Below the pieces are notes generated by a model that was not told the origin of the DNA, did no database searches, and saw nothing but the letters and a program-made list of their open reading frames with translations. Of a stretch of 64,000 bases of DNA, positions 14,422-27,389 are shown piece after piece. Position numbers and translations under genes: made by a program. Each line of letters starts with the position of its first letter. The stretch's first letter is position 1. Source of the DNA: Octopus sinensis (Eukaryota); NCBI RefSeq assembly GCF_006345805.1, contig NC_043001.1:19840001-19904000 (forward strand), given 5' to 3'.

Positions 14422-14626
14422 CTTATTTCTTTACTACCCACAAGGACAGACGAACGGATTAAGTCGATTAGATCGACCCCAGTGCGTAACTGGTACTTAT
14501 TTAATCGACCCCGAAAGGATGAAAGGCAAAGTTGACCTCGGCGGAATTTGAACTCAGAACGTAACGGCAGACGAAATACTGCTAAGCATTTCGCCCAGTG
14601 TGCTAACGATTCTACCAGCTCGCCGT
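14422..14626 (-). mobile_element. SINE family C
   Basis: Reverse complement of 25320-25552. Confidence 0.85.
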
Positions 14627-14671
14627 AAGAACTATGGAGCTTCTTACCACACAGCCATGCCTGTACCAGTA

Positions 14672-14709
<38 letters not shown>

Positions 14710-14979
14710 GCGTGTGTGCGTGACTGTGTTTACTATGTGTGTATGATAATGATGGAAGGTGTTGAATGGTGGGGTTAAATGCTAAAAGTGTGATGGGAGA
14801 GAGTAATGTATGGAAAAGGCAATGGTAACAAATAATGGTCAATATGAGAGGTTGAAAATGTGCACATAATACATATATATACATATATATATTAATATAT
14901 ATATATATATATATAATATTAATATAATATATTTATATAATATTTGTAATATAATATGTGACAATTATTCGCTTGCCAT

Positions 14980-15040
14980 GATAAAACTCTGAGTTTCAGA
15001 TGTCAGGGCGGAAATCTGCACCAGCATCTCTTCAGTTATC
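14980..15040 (-). ncRNA. Candidate minimal type I hammerhead ribozyme
   Basis: Minus strand: GAUAA CUGAAGA GAUG...CAUC U GAAA CUCAGAG UU UUAUC; related copies at 37492-37552 and 42673-42733. Confidence 0.6.
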
Positions 15041-15542
15041 AAAGCAATCAAAATATGCTATGAAAATGACCGTTATGCTTGGAGCATAAACACATGCATC
15101 ACCCGGTCTGAGATTCGAACCTGTGATCCCTCAGCTGCAAGTCTGCTACTCTAACCACTAGGCCGTGTGCCTCCACCAGTATGCTTATGTTTCAGAAAGA
15201 TAATATCATTTGAGTACAGAGCAGTAATAAGTTATATAAACGACAAGGGAATAAAAAATTGTCATCAACTTCATTGGCATACATCTGTTTCTACCATAAG
15301 ATGCAAGGTACTTATAGGGTTGTGTACCACCCTAAAGCTTCATATATATAGAAATGTAAATAATTTCTCAAATAAAATAGCACTTCATTTTCAAAGCTCC
15401 AATGACACTGTGGGTGATGCACAAGCACTCCACTATGAGTGCATTAGATTGTATGACAGAAACAGCTGTGAGCTAATGAAGTTCATGGCATAGTTTCTTA
15501 TTTCTTTGTTCTTCATTTAATTTCTTATATGTATATACATAT

Positions 15543-15885
15543 ATCATCATCATCATCATCATCATCATCCTCATCATCATTATCATCGTCATCGTCATCG
15601 TCGTCGTCGTCGTTGTCGTCATTTAACGTCTGCTTTCCATACTGGCATGGGTTGGACGATTTGACTGAGGACTGGCAAACCAGATGGCTGCACCAGGCTC
15701 CAGTCTTGATCTGGCAGAGTTTCTACAGCTGGATGCCCTTCCTAACGCCAACCACTCCGAGAGTGTAGTGGGTGCTTTTACATGCCACTGGCACGAGGGC
15801 CAGTCAGGTGGTACTAGCAACGACCACAAAAAATTGGTTTTTTTTGTAATTTTACGTGTCACCTGCACGCCGGCACAAGTGCCAG
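15543..15885 (-). mobile_element. RTE LINE 3' end
   Basis: (CAT)n plus CTGGATGCCCTTCCTAACGCCAACC. Confidence 0.85.
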
Positions 15886-16078
15886 CAACATATATATATA
15901 TTGTTTTACTCGTTTCAGTCATTTGACTGTGGCCATGCTGGAGCACCATCTTAAAGAAGTTTTAGTCAAAGAAATCAAACCCAGAATTTATTCTTTGTAA
16001 GCCTAGTACTTATTCTATTCGTCTCTTTTGCTGAAGCGCTAAATTATGGAGGCATAAACACACTAGCATCGGCTGTCT

Positions 16079-16688
16079 ACACATAACCATCTGTCAGGTC
16101 TATTAATTTTTTGATCTTGGTCAAAGTTTTTCTTGATTGAGAAAAATCAAATCAAATCTTCCTCTGCTGGATTTTTCAGTTTGTTTAAAAGCCTTTTAGA
16201 TCTGATGTAGTGATTTTCTTTTGCTTTTTCAGACAAATTGACCTTTCCTTATCATATAAGACTTATATCTGATGTCTTCATGGACAACATTTCTGATTGC
16301 TTCTTCTGTCAAATGGAGATCTTTTACAATTGACCTCATGGACTTTCTGGGATTGTAATCAATGGTCTGTTGAACTTTCTGAATAAATCCAGGTGTTCTG
16401 ATGATTTAGAATGATTTTTATGCTTTGATACTGGTGATACGTTTCCATCTTCAGTCTCTAGCACCTTACAATCTTTGTAGACAAAAGATCTGGAAACTTA
16501 TAAAAATCGGGATATTTCTAAATAACTATGCTCAGCTTTTATAACCACAATAACAGCATGCTTCTTCATTTCTTGAGTAAGCTGAGGGTCTGCCATTATT
16601 ATTTTCTGAAATAAAGATTATACTGAGCAAGCAAAAAATGCAGCAATGACCCAAAAATGGTACGTCCTCAAATACCTTATGCACCCTG
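16079..16688 (-). pseudogene. Tc1/mariner-superfamily (maT-like) transposase N-terminal relic with one TIR
   Basis: Minus strand MADPQLTQEMKKHAVIV...NPRKSMRSIVKDLH...HEDIRYKSY...KNFDQDQKINR with stops; end reads TA|CAGGGTG. Confidence 0.75.
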
Positions 16689-16691
16689 TAT

Positions 16692-17595
16692 AGCACCAGT
16701 ATTGCCAGAAATAAGAGTCAAAACAACTCATAGTCCCAATAATGCATCATCTTATTTACTGACAAGGGAGGCAGGCTCCCTAAGCACTAGGCATAGCCAA
16801 ATCACCAGTAGTTCATGTTTACATTAATGCTCATCAATGGCTCTCATTGATGCCTTGGGTTAAACTCAACTCACCTTGTCAGCATACATGATCACCATAG
16901 AAATATGTTGATTTCATAAATAGGCGTAGGAGTGGTTGTGTGGTAAGTAGCTTGTTTACCAACCACATGGTTCCGGGTTCAGTCCCACTGTGTGGCAACT
17001 TGAGCAAGTGTCTTCTACTATAGCCTTGGGCCAACCAAAGTTTTGTGAGTGGATTTGGTAGGTGGAAACTGAAAGAAGCCCATCGTATATGTGTATATAT
17101 ATATATATGTATGTATGTGTATATGTTTGTGTGTCTGCATTTGTCCCCCCAACATCACTTGACAACCGATGCTGGTGTGTTTACATCCCCGTAACTTAGC
17201 GGTTCGGCAAAAGAGACCGATAGAATAAGTACTAGGCTTACAAAGAATAAGTCCTGGGGTCGATTTGCTCGACTAAAGGCAGTACTCCTGCATGGCCACA
17301 GTCACATGACTGAAACAAGTAAAAACTAAAAAAAAAAAAATAAAGGTGTAAATTATAAATAACAAGGGTGGCTTGTTAGAAATTTTTCAATCAAAAGGCA
17401 ATAATATATATGTCACTAAAGTAACTGAGGGCACTATTCAGCACCAGTATTGCTAGAAATAAGAGTCAAATCAACTCGTAGCCACAATAACACACCATCT
17501 TATTTACTGACAAGGGAGGCAGGCTCCCTAAGCACCAGAAATAGCCATATCACCAGTGATTTTGTGTTTACATTATCACTCATCAGTGGCTCTCA
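16692..17595 (+). repeat. Pair of ~155-bp direct repeats (16692-16846, 17440-17595)
   Basis: Both contain CATCTTATTTACTGACAAGGGAGGCAGGCTCCCTAAGCAC. Confidence 0.85.
16922..17325 (+). mobile_element. SINE family A, full length
   Basis: AGGCGTAGGAGTGG head to ACAAGTAAAA tail. Confidence 0.9.
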
Positions 17596-17614
17596 CACAA
17601 ATTTCTAGGTTTAA

Positions 17615-17836
17615 CCCCTTCATTACTGTATTTATTTTGAGATGCTCTGTGTTTCTTTCAATTAATTTAAAATATAACAAAGAATTTAGTAAAATAACTT
17701 AGTTATCATTCAGCTAGTGTTAGGAACATAAATTGTGACACAGGTTTGATGGAAGATTTTAATTCAGAACTTATGAAAACAAGACATTTGTAATACAGAG
17801 CCAGAACCGGTTTCAGCCGGGTTGATAATGAAAGGG
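17615..17836. mobile_element. piggyBac-type MITE (same family as 4667, opposite orientation)
   Basis: TTAA|CCC...GGG|TTAA. Confidence 0.9.
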
Positions 17837-18176
17837 TTAAGGAAAAGGGAGGTGTGAACCATAACACTTACCCCTACACACATTCCACTCTTAACCCCTA
17901 TGCGCACTTTCAGAAAACTCTTGTAGGCTTACATCTTGGGGGACATTTGGGGCCAGGGGACATAATTCTTGATTAACCCATGTTCACTTCATTTCATCTT
18001 TTTTCACAGAACACACAAACCAAATGTAGTTTTTTCCGCCTCCTGCAATGGAGAACTGTTGCTATATATTTTTCATACATGCCAGATCTGATGAGCACAT
18101 GGTATTACGTAACCATACAGTTATCTAGCACCCAGTTTAATACCCAGTGTAAAACCAATTGGTAAGATTGGCCATA

Positions 18177-18207
<31 letters not shown>

Positions 18208-18210
<3 letters not shown>

Positions 18211-18435
18211 TCATCATCATCATCATCGTTTAATGTCCTTTTTCCGTGCTAGCATGGGTTGGATGGTTCGACCGGGGTCTGGGAAGCCAGGAGGCTGCAC
18301 CAGGCTCCAGTCTGATCTGGCAGTGTTTCTACAGCTGGATGCCCTTCCTAACGCCAACCACTCCATGAGTGTAGTGGGTGCTTTTTATGTGCCACCGGCA
18401 CAGGTGCTGGGGAAGTCTGGCAGCGGCCACGATCA
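18208..18435 (-). mobile_element. RTE LINE 3' end
   Basis: (CAT)n plus conserved 3' UTR. Confidence 0.85.
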
Positions 18436-18530
18436 GTTATATATATATTTATAAATTTGTAAACAAACCTGAAGACTGTAAATTACAGAAAAAAGTGACA
18501 CACATAGGTCCTTTTAATAATAACTACAAT

Positions 18531-18726
18531 TATATATTATTTATATGATAATATATGCTCCATTTAGAGCAACTGAATCTAAACAATTGATTGAAGGAAG
18601 ATGAGCTGAACCACTGAGAATTGATATTGTGTTCAATTCCCAGTGGTTTGGCTCATTTTTTTTCAGTCAATTGTTTAGGTTTAGTCGCTCAAAATGGAGC
18701 ATATATTATTATATAAATAATATATA
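18531..18726. repeat. Fold-back inverted repeat, ~94-bp arms, 8-nt loop
   Basis: ATATGCTCCATTT...GAATTGA tattgtgt TCAATTC...AAATGGAGCATAT. Confidence 0.9.
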
Positions 18727-18750
18727 TATATGTGTATATATATATATGTG

Positions 18751-18784
<34 letters not shown>

Positions 18785-18788
18785 TATA

Positions 18789-19104
18789 GTTAATCCAAAC
18801 ATGAAAACACAAAGAGAAAACACAACAATGCGAGGACGTGGAACAAGTATAGTGTTATTGGACGCTCAGGAAAAGAAAGAAAGAAGGAGGATTTAACGTT
18901 TCAAGCGGAAAAAGAAAGATCCAAGGAAGGGAAGACAGAGGAAAAAAAATCGCTGGTGATACATATGCGGTCACATATTGAATGTTAATTCAAACATGAA
19001 AACACAAAGAGAAAACGCAATAACACGAGGACATGGAACAAGTATAGAATCATTGGACGCTCAGGAAAGGAAAGAAAGAAAGAAGATTTAACATTTCGAG
19101 CGGA
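18789..19104 (-). mobile_element. Partial tandem duplication of a ~195-bp unit in (TA)n, Penelope pLTR-like
   Basis: GTTAAT(C/T)CAAACATGAAAACACAAAGAGAAAAC occurs twice; (TA)n on both flanks. Confidence 0.55.
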
Positions 19105-19126
19105 TAAATATATATATATATATATA

Positions 19127-20008
19127 TTGGGTCATCCCATAAATAATGCGGTTTTTTTATACTTCATTTATTTTTCAGAATTAAGATAAAGTTATTTTTT
19201 AATCTAAAATATATTCTCCTTCATTTTCTACAATGCTCTTCCATCTATCTGCAAGGTTTTCAAGACTTCCAAAATTCACTTGTTAATCCCAATACTGTTC
19301 TGACCTCATCCACAGAATTCATATGATTTTGAAGACTGGAATAAATGATAATCAGATGGGGCAATGTCCAGTGAATATGGTGGGTGGGCAACCTTTTCCC
19401 ATTCAAACTGCTGCAGTTTTGGAATATCATCCTTGCTGTATGTGACCGAGCATTATCCTGATGGAAGAACATCTTTTGTCTTGAAACCAAAGATGGTGAT
19501 TTTTCCTCTAGTGCAGGTGTCAATAAATGGTTGAATGACCAAATCCAAGCTTCTCTGCTAGTTCCTCAACAGTTACGATGGGATTTTGTTCCACCAGGGT
19601 TTGCAGGACATCCTTGTCGAGCTGTACAGATCTTACAGGATGAGGCTCATTTTCTAGGCTGTAGTTTCCGCTTGGAATTTCTGGAACCACTGTTGACACT
19701 GGCTTACGCTTATTGTCCAATCACCATATACTGCATCAATATTCATCACACTTCCCATTGTAGTGTTGCCTTTATCGAACTCATAAAGAAAAATATGCCA
19801 AACATGCTCTTTTGTCACTTCCATAATAGTTTTGAAAAAGTAACTGTTAAAATCGAATTGCACACTTCAAAATTTGCACTAAGAATAAGCACAAAGTAAA
19901 ATTACTACCTGCTTTTATAGCAAGTTGATGCAAGTAGTTTATATCATCCCCATCCGTCTTTTAGTTCATGCAATTAAAAAAAAATGCATTATTTATGGCA
20001 TGACCCAA
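19127..20008 (-). mobile_element. Internally deleted mariner transposon with both TIRs
   Basis: TA|TTGGGTCATCCCATAAATAATGC...GCATTATTTATGGCATGACCCAA|TA; FHQDNARSHT, TVEELAEKLG, HIFLYEFDKG fragments. Confidence 0.92.
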
Positions 20009-20023
20009 TATATACATACACAC

Positions 20024-20090
<67 letters not shown>

Positions 20091-20094
20091 TCAC

Positions 20095-22280
20095 AATAAG
20101 CAACAAGGATATCCAGAGATAATGCAGTACGATCATTTCATGCAACTCCATTTAATTTAACAATGCAATCATTACATCAATTTAAAATGTAGAGCAATCT
20201 TCAGCTGCATAAAGACATAGAATTTAATTAAATTAGAACAGATGGACACATTAGTATAATTATGCCTAAAATCTCCAAGAAGTTAAGGAGATAAACAAAG
20301 AACATGATGTTTCACTCCAGTTTAGAAGTTACTGAATTTTCAAGAAGATATACATTGTTACAGAATCGGCCTGTCACTGATTTTTTGTTTTTATGGGGTC
20401 AGTTTTAATTTATAGACTAGTTTATCAAATCCCTTGTATATCTAAGGCTGAGAGAACAGAGGGCAGTATCTGTTAGGGGTAGGGCTGAAGGAGCAGACAG
20501 TCATCATAGTTGATATAGTCATAAAAATCAAGATTTATTAGAAGCAATATCATGAGGTTTGGTAAAGGTAAACTTAAAACATGATGTTAGCTGATAATTA
20601 AGGGGGTCACCCACTAGCACAAACCATTGATAATGAAACAGGGGAAGTTTTATCATGTAGTACTATAGTTAAATATTTTAAACAATGTTGCTATATTGTA
20701 TACAGTTAAAGTTTAGGGTTATTCAAAGGATTATTAAGAAGAATATTATAACAAAAGGATAGAAATTTATGAATACTTTTGAGTATATACCAAAACTTTT
20801 ACCACAATGGAGGGAGGAAAAGAAATTATCCAGAAATAGTTTAATATTTATACATATCGTACACTTAAATACTGACTCATCAGATGACATCTGTGAATAT
20901 TGGTTAATTGGTATATACTGGTATTAATAGAGGAGTATTGAGGTAAAGGAACAAGCTAATTATATATTAATAGAATTATAATCTAAGCAGTATTTTTTAA
21001 TAAGTAGTAAATATACCAGTATCTCTCTATAAATAAAAGGCAGTTTGTCTGTCTGTGTGTTTGTCTGTGTGTCTGTCATGTTGTACCCTCATCCTGAACA
21101 CGGCTTTCAACCGATTCTGATGAAACTTGACACACACATAGCCCAATGTCATAAATCAAAACTTAAACAGCGAAAATTTTGAAAAGTTCCCCCAGTTCTT
21201 AAAAAAATCGATAAATTCGACATGGGGTCGAGAATCTAAGCTTATCATATGCAACACATTTTCCGTTGTAGTTTTCGCAACTTGCAATAGATTTTCACCA
21301 AACTCATGGTGAAACTTAATGTTACCCTAAGGAACTTAATTCTGACGTTAGTTTTCTATGCAATACCTTACCATCAGAAAAAATCGATAAAATCATGCCA
21401 TTTTGGGAAATCGCATTCAAATTCAAGATGACATATATTCGACAATATCTTTAACAAATTGGCAGGAATTTTTTTTTGAAATTCACAGCGAGCATCATGT
21501 CTGCTCCAAGGAGCTATATGGCCCTTTTGATTCCAATAGGATATGTTATTACTGGAAAAAATCAGTTAATTACATCATATGTGGCACACATAGCAAACCG
21601 ATTTTTCAGCGATATTTTTTAAAATAACGGTTCAATGAGTACAAAAAAGGGTAAAAAGGTAAAGGGCATTGCTTATCGACAAAGTTTCTTACATACCCGG
21701 GCAACGCCGGGCTATGCTGCTAGTAGTTTTATATAAGCGAAGTATGAATTTATAGAGATACAAAAATTAGATTAATTTTATAAACAAATAAAGGCTAATT
21801 ATAAAATAATAAAGAAATGAAATAAAATAATCAAGTGGAGCAGAACACCATAGAAAAGGAAATAAAATTACTATAGTATGGTAATTAATTACTAATAGTA
21901 TGGTAAAGTATGTGTAGCTTATTAACACCAATAGAGAAGATTTTTTAGAAAAAGTAAAATAATTCAAAACATATTAGACAAAAAAATAAATATTTACTTA
22001 TTTAGCCAATATCAATAAAAGACTGATGTCTGGTATTGGCTACAGGAATATTTAAGTTATGGAACAATCATTTTTTAAAACTAAGGGTTATATTATAGGT
22101 TTAAGAAATTATTATTGTTACTCCCTACATGATATTTATAGTTTCTTAGTGGCACTTGTTTAGAAGGGTTATTTATATAAAGGCCCTTATAAATACTAAG
22201 ATCAGGAGGGTAGAGCCATTTAAGAAAGAGATAAAAATTTAATTAAATCAGTATATAGCTGACATGTTCTTTAACCTCAG
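20095..22280 (-). pseudogene. Highly decayed Penelope-like element RT, interrupted by a Helitron
   Basis: Hand translation of the minus strand gives SSINTSIYQL (cf. PLE ISSINSPTYxL) and NGL..GDPL (cf. GxxMGSPL); many stops. Confidence 0.45.
21022..21723 (+). mobile_element. Non-autonomous Helitron
   Basis: A|TC 5' end with TATAAATAAAA and (GTCT)n; 3' hairpin CCCGGGCAACGCCGGG then CTAG|T. Confidence 0.88.
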
Positions 22281-22357
22281 TTGGTCCCTTATTAAATACT
22301 AGTTAAAGCCATAGAAACCATATAATATATATATATATATATACGACAGAAGCCTGT

Positions 22358-22413
<56 letters not shown>

Positions 22414-22624
22414 TGTATGTATGTATGTATGTATGTATTTGTGTGTTGGTGTGTTTACATCCCTGTAACTTAGCGGGTTGGCAAAAGAAACCAATAGAAT
22501 AAGTACTAAGCTTACAAAAATAAGTCCTGGGGTCGATTTGTTTGACTAAAGGCAGTGCTCCAGCATGGATGCAGTCAAATGACTGAAACAAGTAAAAGAA
22601 TATATATATATATATATATATATG

Positions 22625-22760
22625 CCGGAGTAAGCACATAAATGTGAAACAAGGTGGAAAAAAGAGTACTCAAATACCAGAGGTAGAGTAATATGCTTTA
22701 TTTAAAAGCAGCAGAAATATAAAAAATATGTTATATTTCTGCTGCTTTTAAATAAAGTAT
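22625..22760 (-). mobile_element. Fold-back element in (TA)n (same family as 35278-35455)
   Basis: CTTTATTTAAAAGCAGCAGAAAT...ATTTCTGCTGCTTTTAAATAAAG hairpin plus shared unique arm. Confidence 0.8.
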
Positions 22761-22778
22761 ATATATATATAAAGAGAG

Positions 22779-22852
<74 letters not shown>

Positions 22853-23590
22853 ATGCAGTTATAAACACATTGGTTGAGTGAATCTGAATAAATTTTTAAA
22901 CTAGAAACTTCAGACTTTTCATCAGTTGATTAAAATAACTTGATTTTATTTTCTGCATGCAACAGGGTCAAATAATTGTCGATGCTGTTACAATAACAGA
23001 AATCCATTGATATACAAGTAAATTGAATGTTAATAGTGTTATAGTATCCCTGTGTGGGAGTAACTAGAATAACATTCCTTAATACCATAGAAGACGTGTA
23101 TAAACAGTGTTGAAACAAAAGATCTAAATTTGTGCTGTCATTTCATCATTTACTCATGACAATGGCCAAGCCATACATGTGTAAATTAAATTAGGTCCAA
23201 TACCCATTCATGAGAATATTAGACAATCTAGACTTGCATTCCAACCCAGTTGCATCGGCAGCTAGCTTGTATGCCACGACAGTGGAAACCGAAGCATGTT
23301 AGTTGTGTATATAGATATACAGTTAAAGTTATTACCGTGAATATATTATAGAGTCTGGTTAGATTACAATATATTTCATGACTGCATATAGTATTTATAT
23401 ATATATATATAGTTATGTGTTTTAGTGATCAGAGTAAGCAGATGAGCTAGTGCTCACTTAGTATGCAAGGAGTGTCATAGGAATAAGAATAAGGAAACAC
23501 AAATTACTAATGAGACAATCCTTAGAGAAAACACTACAGCTTAAGTACATTAAGCAACAGTGTTTTCTCCTTGTTCTATATTTGACATTC

Positions 23591-24180
23591 CGTCATCGGA
23601 AGAAGCTAAAATATTTTATATTTTAGCTTCTGATGAGAACTTTTATAGGTTCTATATTTAATGTGAATTCATATAAGTCTTGTAATTGATGGAAATATAA
23701 CAGGGTTTTTGTCATCGGAAGAAGCTAAAATATTTTATATTTTAGCTTCTGATGAGAACTTTTATAGGTCCTATTTTTAATAAGAATTCATATAAGTCTT
23801 GTAATTGATGGAAATATAACAGGTCTTCGTCATCGGAAGAAGCTAAAATATTTTATATTTTAGCTTCTGATGAGAACTTTTAAAGGCCCTATATTAAATG
23901 AGAATTCATATGTTTTGTCATTGATGGAAACTATAACAGGGTTTTCGTCATCGGAAGAAGCTAAAATATTTTGTATTTTAGCTTCTGATGAGAATTTTTA
24001 TAGGCCCAATATTTAATGAGAATTCATACAAGTCTTGTAATTGATGGAAATATAACAGGTCTTCGTCATTGGAAGAAGCTAAAATATTTTATATTTTAGC
24101 TTCTGATAAGAACTATTATAGGTCCTATATTTAGTGGGAATTCATATAAGTCTTGTAATCGATGGAAGATATAACAGATC
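23591..24180 (+). repeat. Tandem minisatellite, five ~118-bp units, each with an internal hairpin
   Basis: Units start near 23591, 23710, 23828, 23946, 24064; GAAGCTAAAATA-tttta-TATTTTAGCTTC. Confidence 0.93.
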
Positions 24181-24613
24181 ATGTATTTGATGAAAACATT
24201 TAAAAGTTTAACATTTGGCTAGCAGGAGTACCAAGCATTGCTCGGATATTAAATAGTTGGCAATAGTCTTAATAGGTTCTACCATTTTTTTCGTTGTACA
24301 TCTCTTTGAATATTTTTTGTGTTAAGTTGGAAACATTGACATTGAGGAAGAAGTGATTTTCCCCATAGACCATAAATAAAGTAGTAACAACAGGGTGAAA
24401 AACCTTGGAGAAGCCACAAGAACATCACAGGGGGTGCAACAATTGAATGTAAAGTGGCTCTGAAAAGGGCCATGTTATTGCTCTCACAATAGTCCTGAAA
24501 AGGATTGTTAACTGTTCACAGGTATAAACGTCTCTTTTCGTTCATATGAAAAGCAGTGTCTCCAGTGATGCCAAAACTCAAGCCATCTGCAAGGAGATTG
24601 AGAAGCTGTAGCC

Positions 24614-24960
24614 ATCACCATCATCATCATTTAACGTCCGTTTTCCATGCTAGCATGGGTTGGACGGTTTTGACTGAGGGCTGGCAAGCCAAATAGCGGC
24701 ACCAGGCTCCAATCTTAATCTGGCAGAGTTTCTACAGCTGGATGCCCTTCTTAACGCCAACCACTCCGAGAGTGTAGTGGGTGTTTTTTATGTGCCACCT
24801 GCACGGGGGTGGGGGCAGTCAGGCGGTACTGGCAATGGCCTTGCTTGAATCTTTTTACACGTGCCACCAACACAGGTGCCAGTGAAGCGATGTTGGTAAC
24901 GATCAAGCTCAAATGGTGCCCTTTTACGTTCCACTGGTATGGAAGCCAGTTGGTTGCTCA
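24614..24960 (-). mobile_element. RTE LINE 3' end
   Basis: (CAT)n plus conserved 3' UTR. Confidence 0.85.
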
Positions 24961-25319
24961 GACTTAATAACAGGTCATTTTGAAAGAATGGCAGCAATAG
25001 TACTCACCATAAACTGGTTTGGCAGGAAAGCTGTGGCATGTTGGACGGCCTACAGTACCTCATGGTAGATGGCATTTTTCGTTTTGGCTTTCAGGGCGAA
25101 CACAAAAAGGTTTTTTTGCATCCAACTCTTGAGCATCCGATGTATAATTGGCCATGTAAGAAGCATGGTTGGCCTAAATGGAGGCTTGTTGTTGTTAGTG
25201 TTTGGCCTTGGAACTTGTTGATGGACATGGCAAAGCAAAGTCGAAGAGGGAACTGAAGTTGACGCAAGGGACAGGTGCATTGCTTATCTGATGGAGTAAG
25301 AGGTATCCTGGGTATACCA

Positions 25320-25552
25320 GGCGGCGAGCTGGCAGAAACGTTAGCACGCTGGGCGAAATGCTTAGCGGTATTTCGTCTGCGTTACGTTGTGAGTTCAAAT
25401 TCTGCCGAGGTCGACTTTGCCTTTCATCTTTTTGGGGTCGATAAATTAAGTACCAGTTACGCACTGGGGTCGATGTAATCGACTTAATACCTATGTCTGT
25501 CCTTGTTTGTCCCCTCTGTGTTTAGCCCCTTGTGGGTAATAAAGAAATAGGT
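25320..25552 (+). mobile_element. SINE family C, full length
   Basis: GGCGGCGAGCTGGCAGAAACGTTAG head, GAGTTCAAATTC B-box-like, GCCTTTCATC..GGGGTCGATAAATTAAGTACC central domain. Confidence 0.88.
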
Positions 25553-25783
25553 ATCCTGAGTATAAAGACATCTCCAATGCCACAACTCGTAAGAATGGTT
25601 GCTTCATTAACATGAAGTAGCATATTATTTACCACTAACTGTGCTCCATTGTACAAACGTGGTGGCTCCAGGTTCCTCAGCAGCATGACCGGAGCTCCAT
25701 TTTTGAGGTGCAGTTGATGAGGCGGTAGTCCAGAGGGGTCCAAGGAATTGAGGATTTCTGTGGGAAAATTAACAGCCTCTTCA

Positions 25784-25975
25784 TATTTCTTTATTGCCCA
25801 CAAGGGGCTAAACATAGAGGGGACAAACAAGAACAGACAAAGGGGGGGATTAAGTCAATTACATCGACCCCAGTGCATAACTGGTACTTTATTTATCGAC
25901 CCTGAAAGGATGAAAGGCAAAGTCGACCTTGGTAGAATTTGAACTCAGAACATAATGCTTCTGCCAGCTCGTCGG
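25784..25975 (-). mobile_element. SINE family C
   Basis: Inverted relative to the 25320 copy. Confidence 0.85.
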
Positions 25976-26993
25976 CCTCTTCTTGGTCCACAAGAGTGTC
26001 CACAGACTTGTAGGTGTGAAGGTTTCCAGGAAGGCTTTGCAGTAGGTCTTCATTGAGTTTCGCAACAAATGTGTTTTTGGGAGCTAATATGGCTCTTTCA
26101 CATAGTCAATTCAGGTTTTGGTAGTTTATGTGCAGATCAGGAAAAACAGTGGTCGTAAAGTCGTCCACAGTGTCCACAGGTGTGCCTACATGTGAGGCAG
26201 CCATCTCTCCAGCTGCATCAGAGGGAGCTGTGCCATCACCAACGGTGAGAAGTTGCTTGGAGAAGTCACCCGATAAGTTGTCAGTCAAAAATGAGGGATT
26301 TAAGAGCAAAAAACTGATTTTCTACTCAGTTTTTCACAATTGTTGGTCATACACAGATGAATTCTGTGCAAATCAGAGTCTCCTAATGTTATCCTTAGGA
26401 TGAGTAAATAGTGTGTAAAGTTTGAATGCAATTCACTAAAGCAGTGAGAAGTTTATGAAGATTTAAAGGGGAAAAAAGTATATAAAAATCGATTTTTTCA
26501 CAGTCTTTCATGTTTTTTTTGTCACACAGGGATGCCTTTGGACATAGAACAGATACTTGATAGAGCTGCCATTACATAGTAGTTTTTTAGACATAAAACC
26601 AAGGAAATTGGACTTACCAGTAAAAAGTTTTCTACTGTGTAACTTTGCAAAAATTTGAAAAAATCAACATTTTTCAAAGTTTTTTTTGCAATTTTCTTGG
26701 GAATCAGAGGCATCAAGGCAGTGCCAAAATATTTGTCTGAAATGTTGCAACATGACGGTCCTTTTGATACCAAAATTATAAAAATCGGACGTTCCTGTAA
26801 AAACTTTTCTCACGTGCAACTTTTGCCTTTTTTGCAAAGTGGAAAGAGGTCCCTTCAGTTCTATCGATCTTTCTCCTAGAAGTAGGTATCTCTAGGCATC
26901 GGTAATGCAGCAGTGACCTGCCTGGGTAAATTTGCCATTTAATAAAAAAAATTACATCAAAATCAGATGAAAAATGTGGAAACGCATAAAAAG

Positions 26994-27031
<38 letters not shown>

Positions 27032-27389
27032 ACACACACACACACACACTCACACAGACATTTTGAGTTTTATTGATATAGATAGATAGATGATCACTTT
27101 TATTGGTTTTATGTTTGATCAAAACACTGGTCCTATGTTTGAGGAAAATATTTATAAGTCTTATGTTTGGAGAAAACTTTTGCAAGTCTTATAGTTCATA
27201 AAAAGTTTTAAAAAACTTTTGTAGTTTTAATGCTGAACATTTTAATAGGTTTTATGATTAAAGGACACTTTTATAGCATGGGAGTTGCCAGGATTTCTAC
27301 CAAGGGCTTTCTCAATTATTAAAATGGATCCAGCATTGGTCATCTAATTTTTGTTTGTACATAAGTGAAGACATATAATATCTATACGT

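Larger units (their letters stand above)
25050..26285 (-). pseudogene. Helitron RepHel PIF1-like helicase fragments
   Basis: FSKQLLTVGDG; [39 protein letters not shown]; FAMSINKFQGQT; HGQLYIGCSRV; KTKNAIYHEVL*. Confidence 0.9.
24219..27090 (-). mobile_element. Deleted Helitron carrying PIF1-helicase C-terminal relic, with nested SINE/LINE copies
   Basis: Minus 5' TC at 27090; 3' hairpin CCGAGCAATGCTTGG then CTAG at 24219; helicase motifs inside. Confidence 0.85.

Noticed and set aside
23591-24180. CRISPR-like array, hammerhead satellite or C/D snoRNA cluster
   Set aside because: The inter-hairpin sequence is conserved rather than unique spacers, and no cas genes are present; CTGATGA is not followed by stem II-GAAA with an NUH before stem I; no convincing C/D layout
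25522-25830. Host PIF1 helicase gene
   Set aside because: Fragmented, interrupted by SINEs and enclosed by Helitron termini
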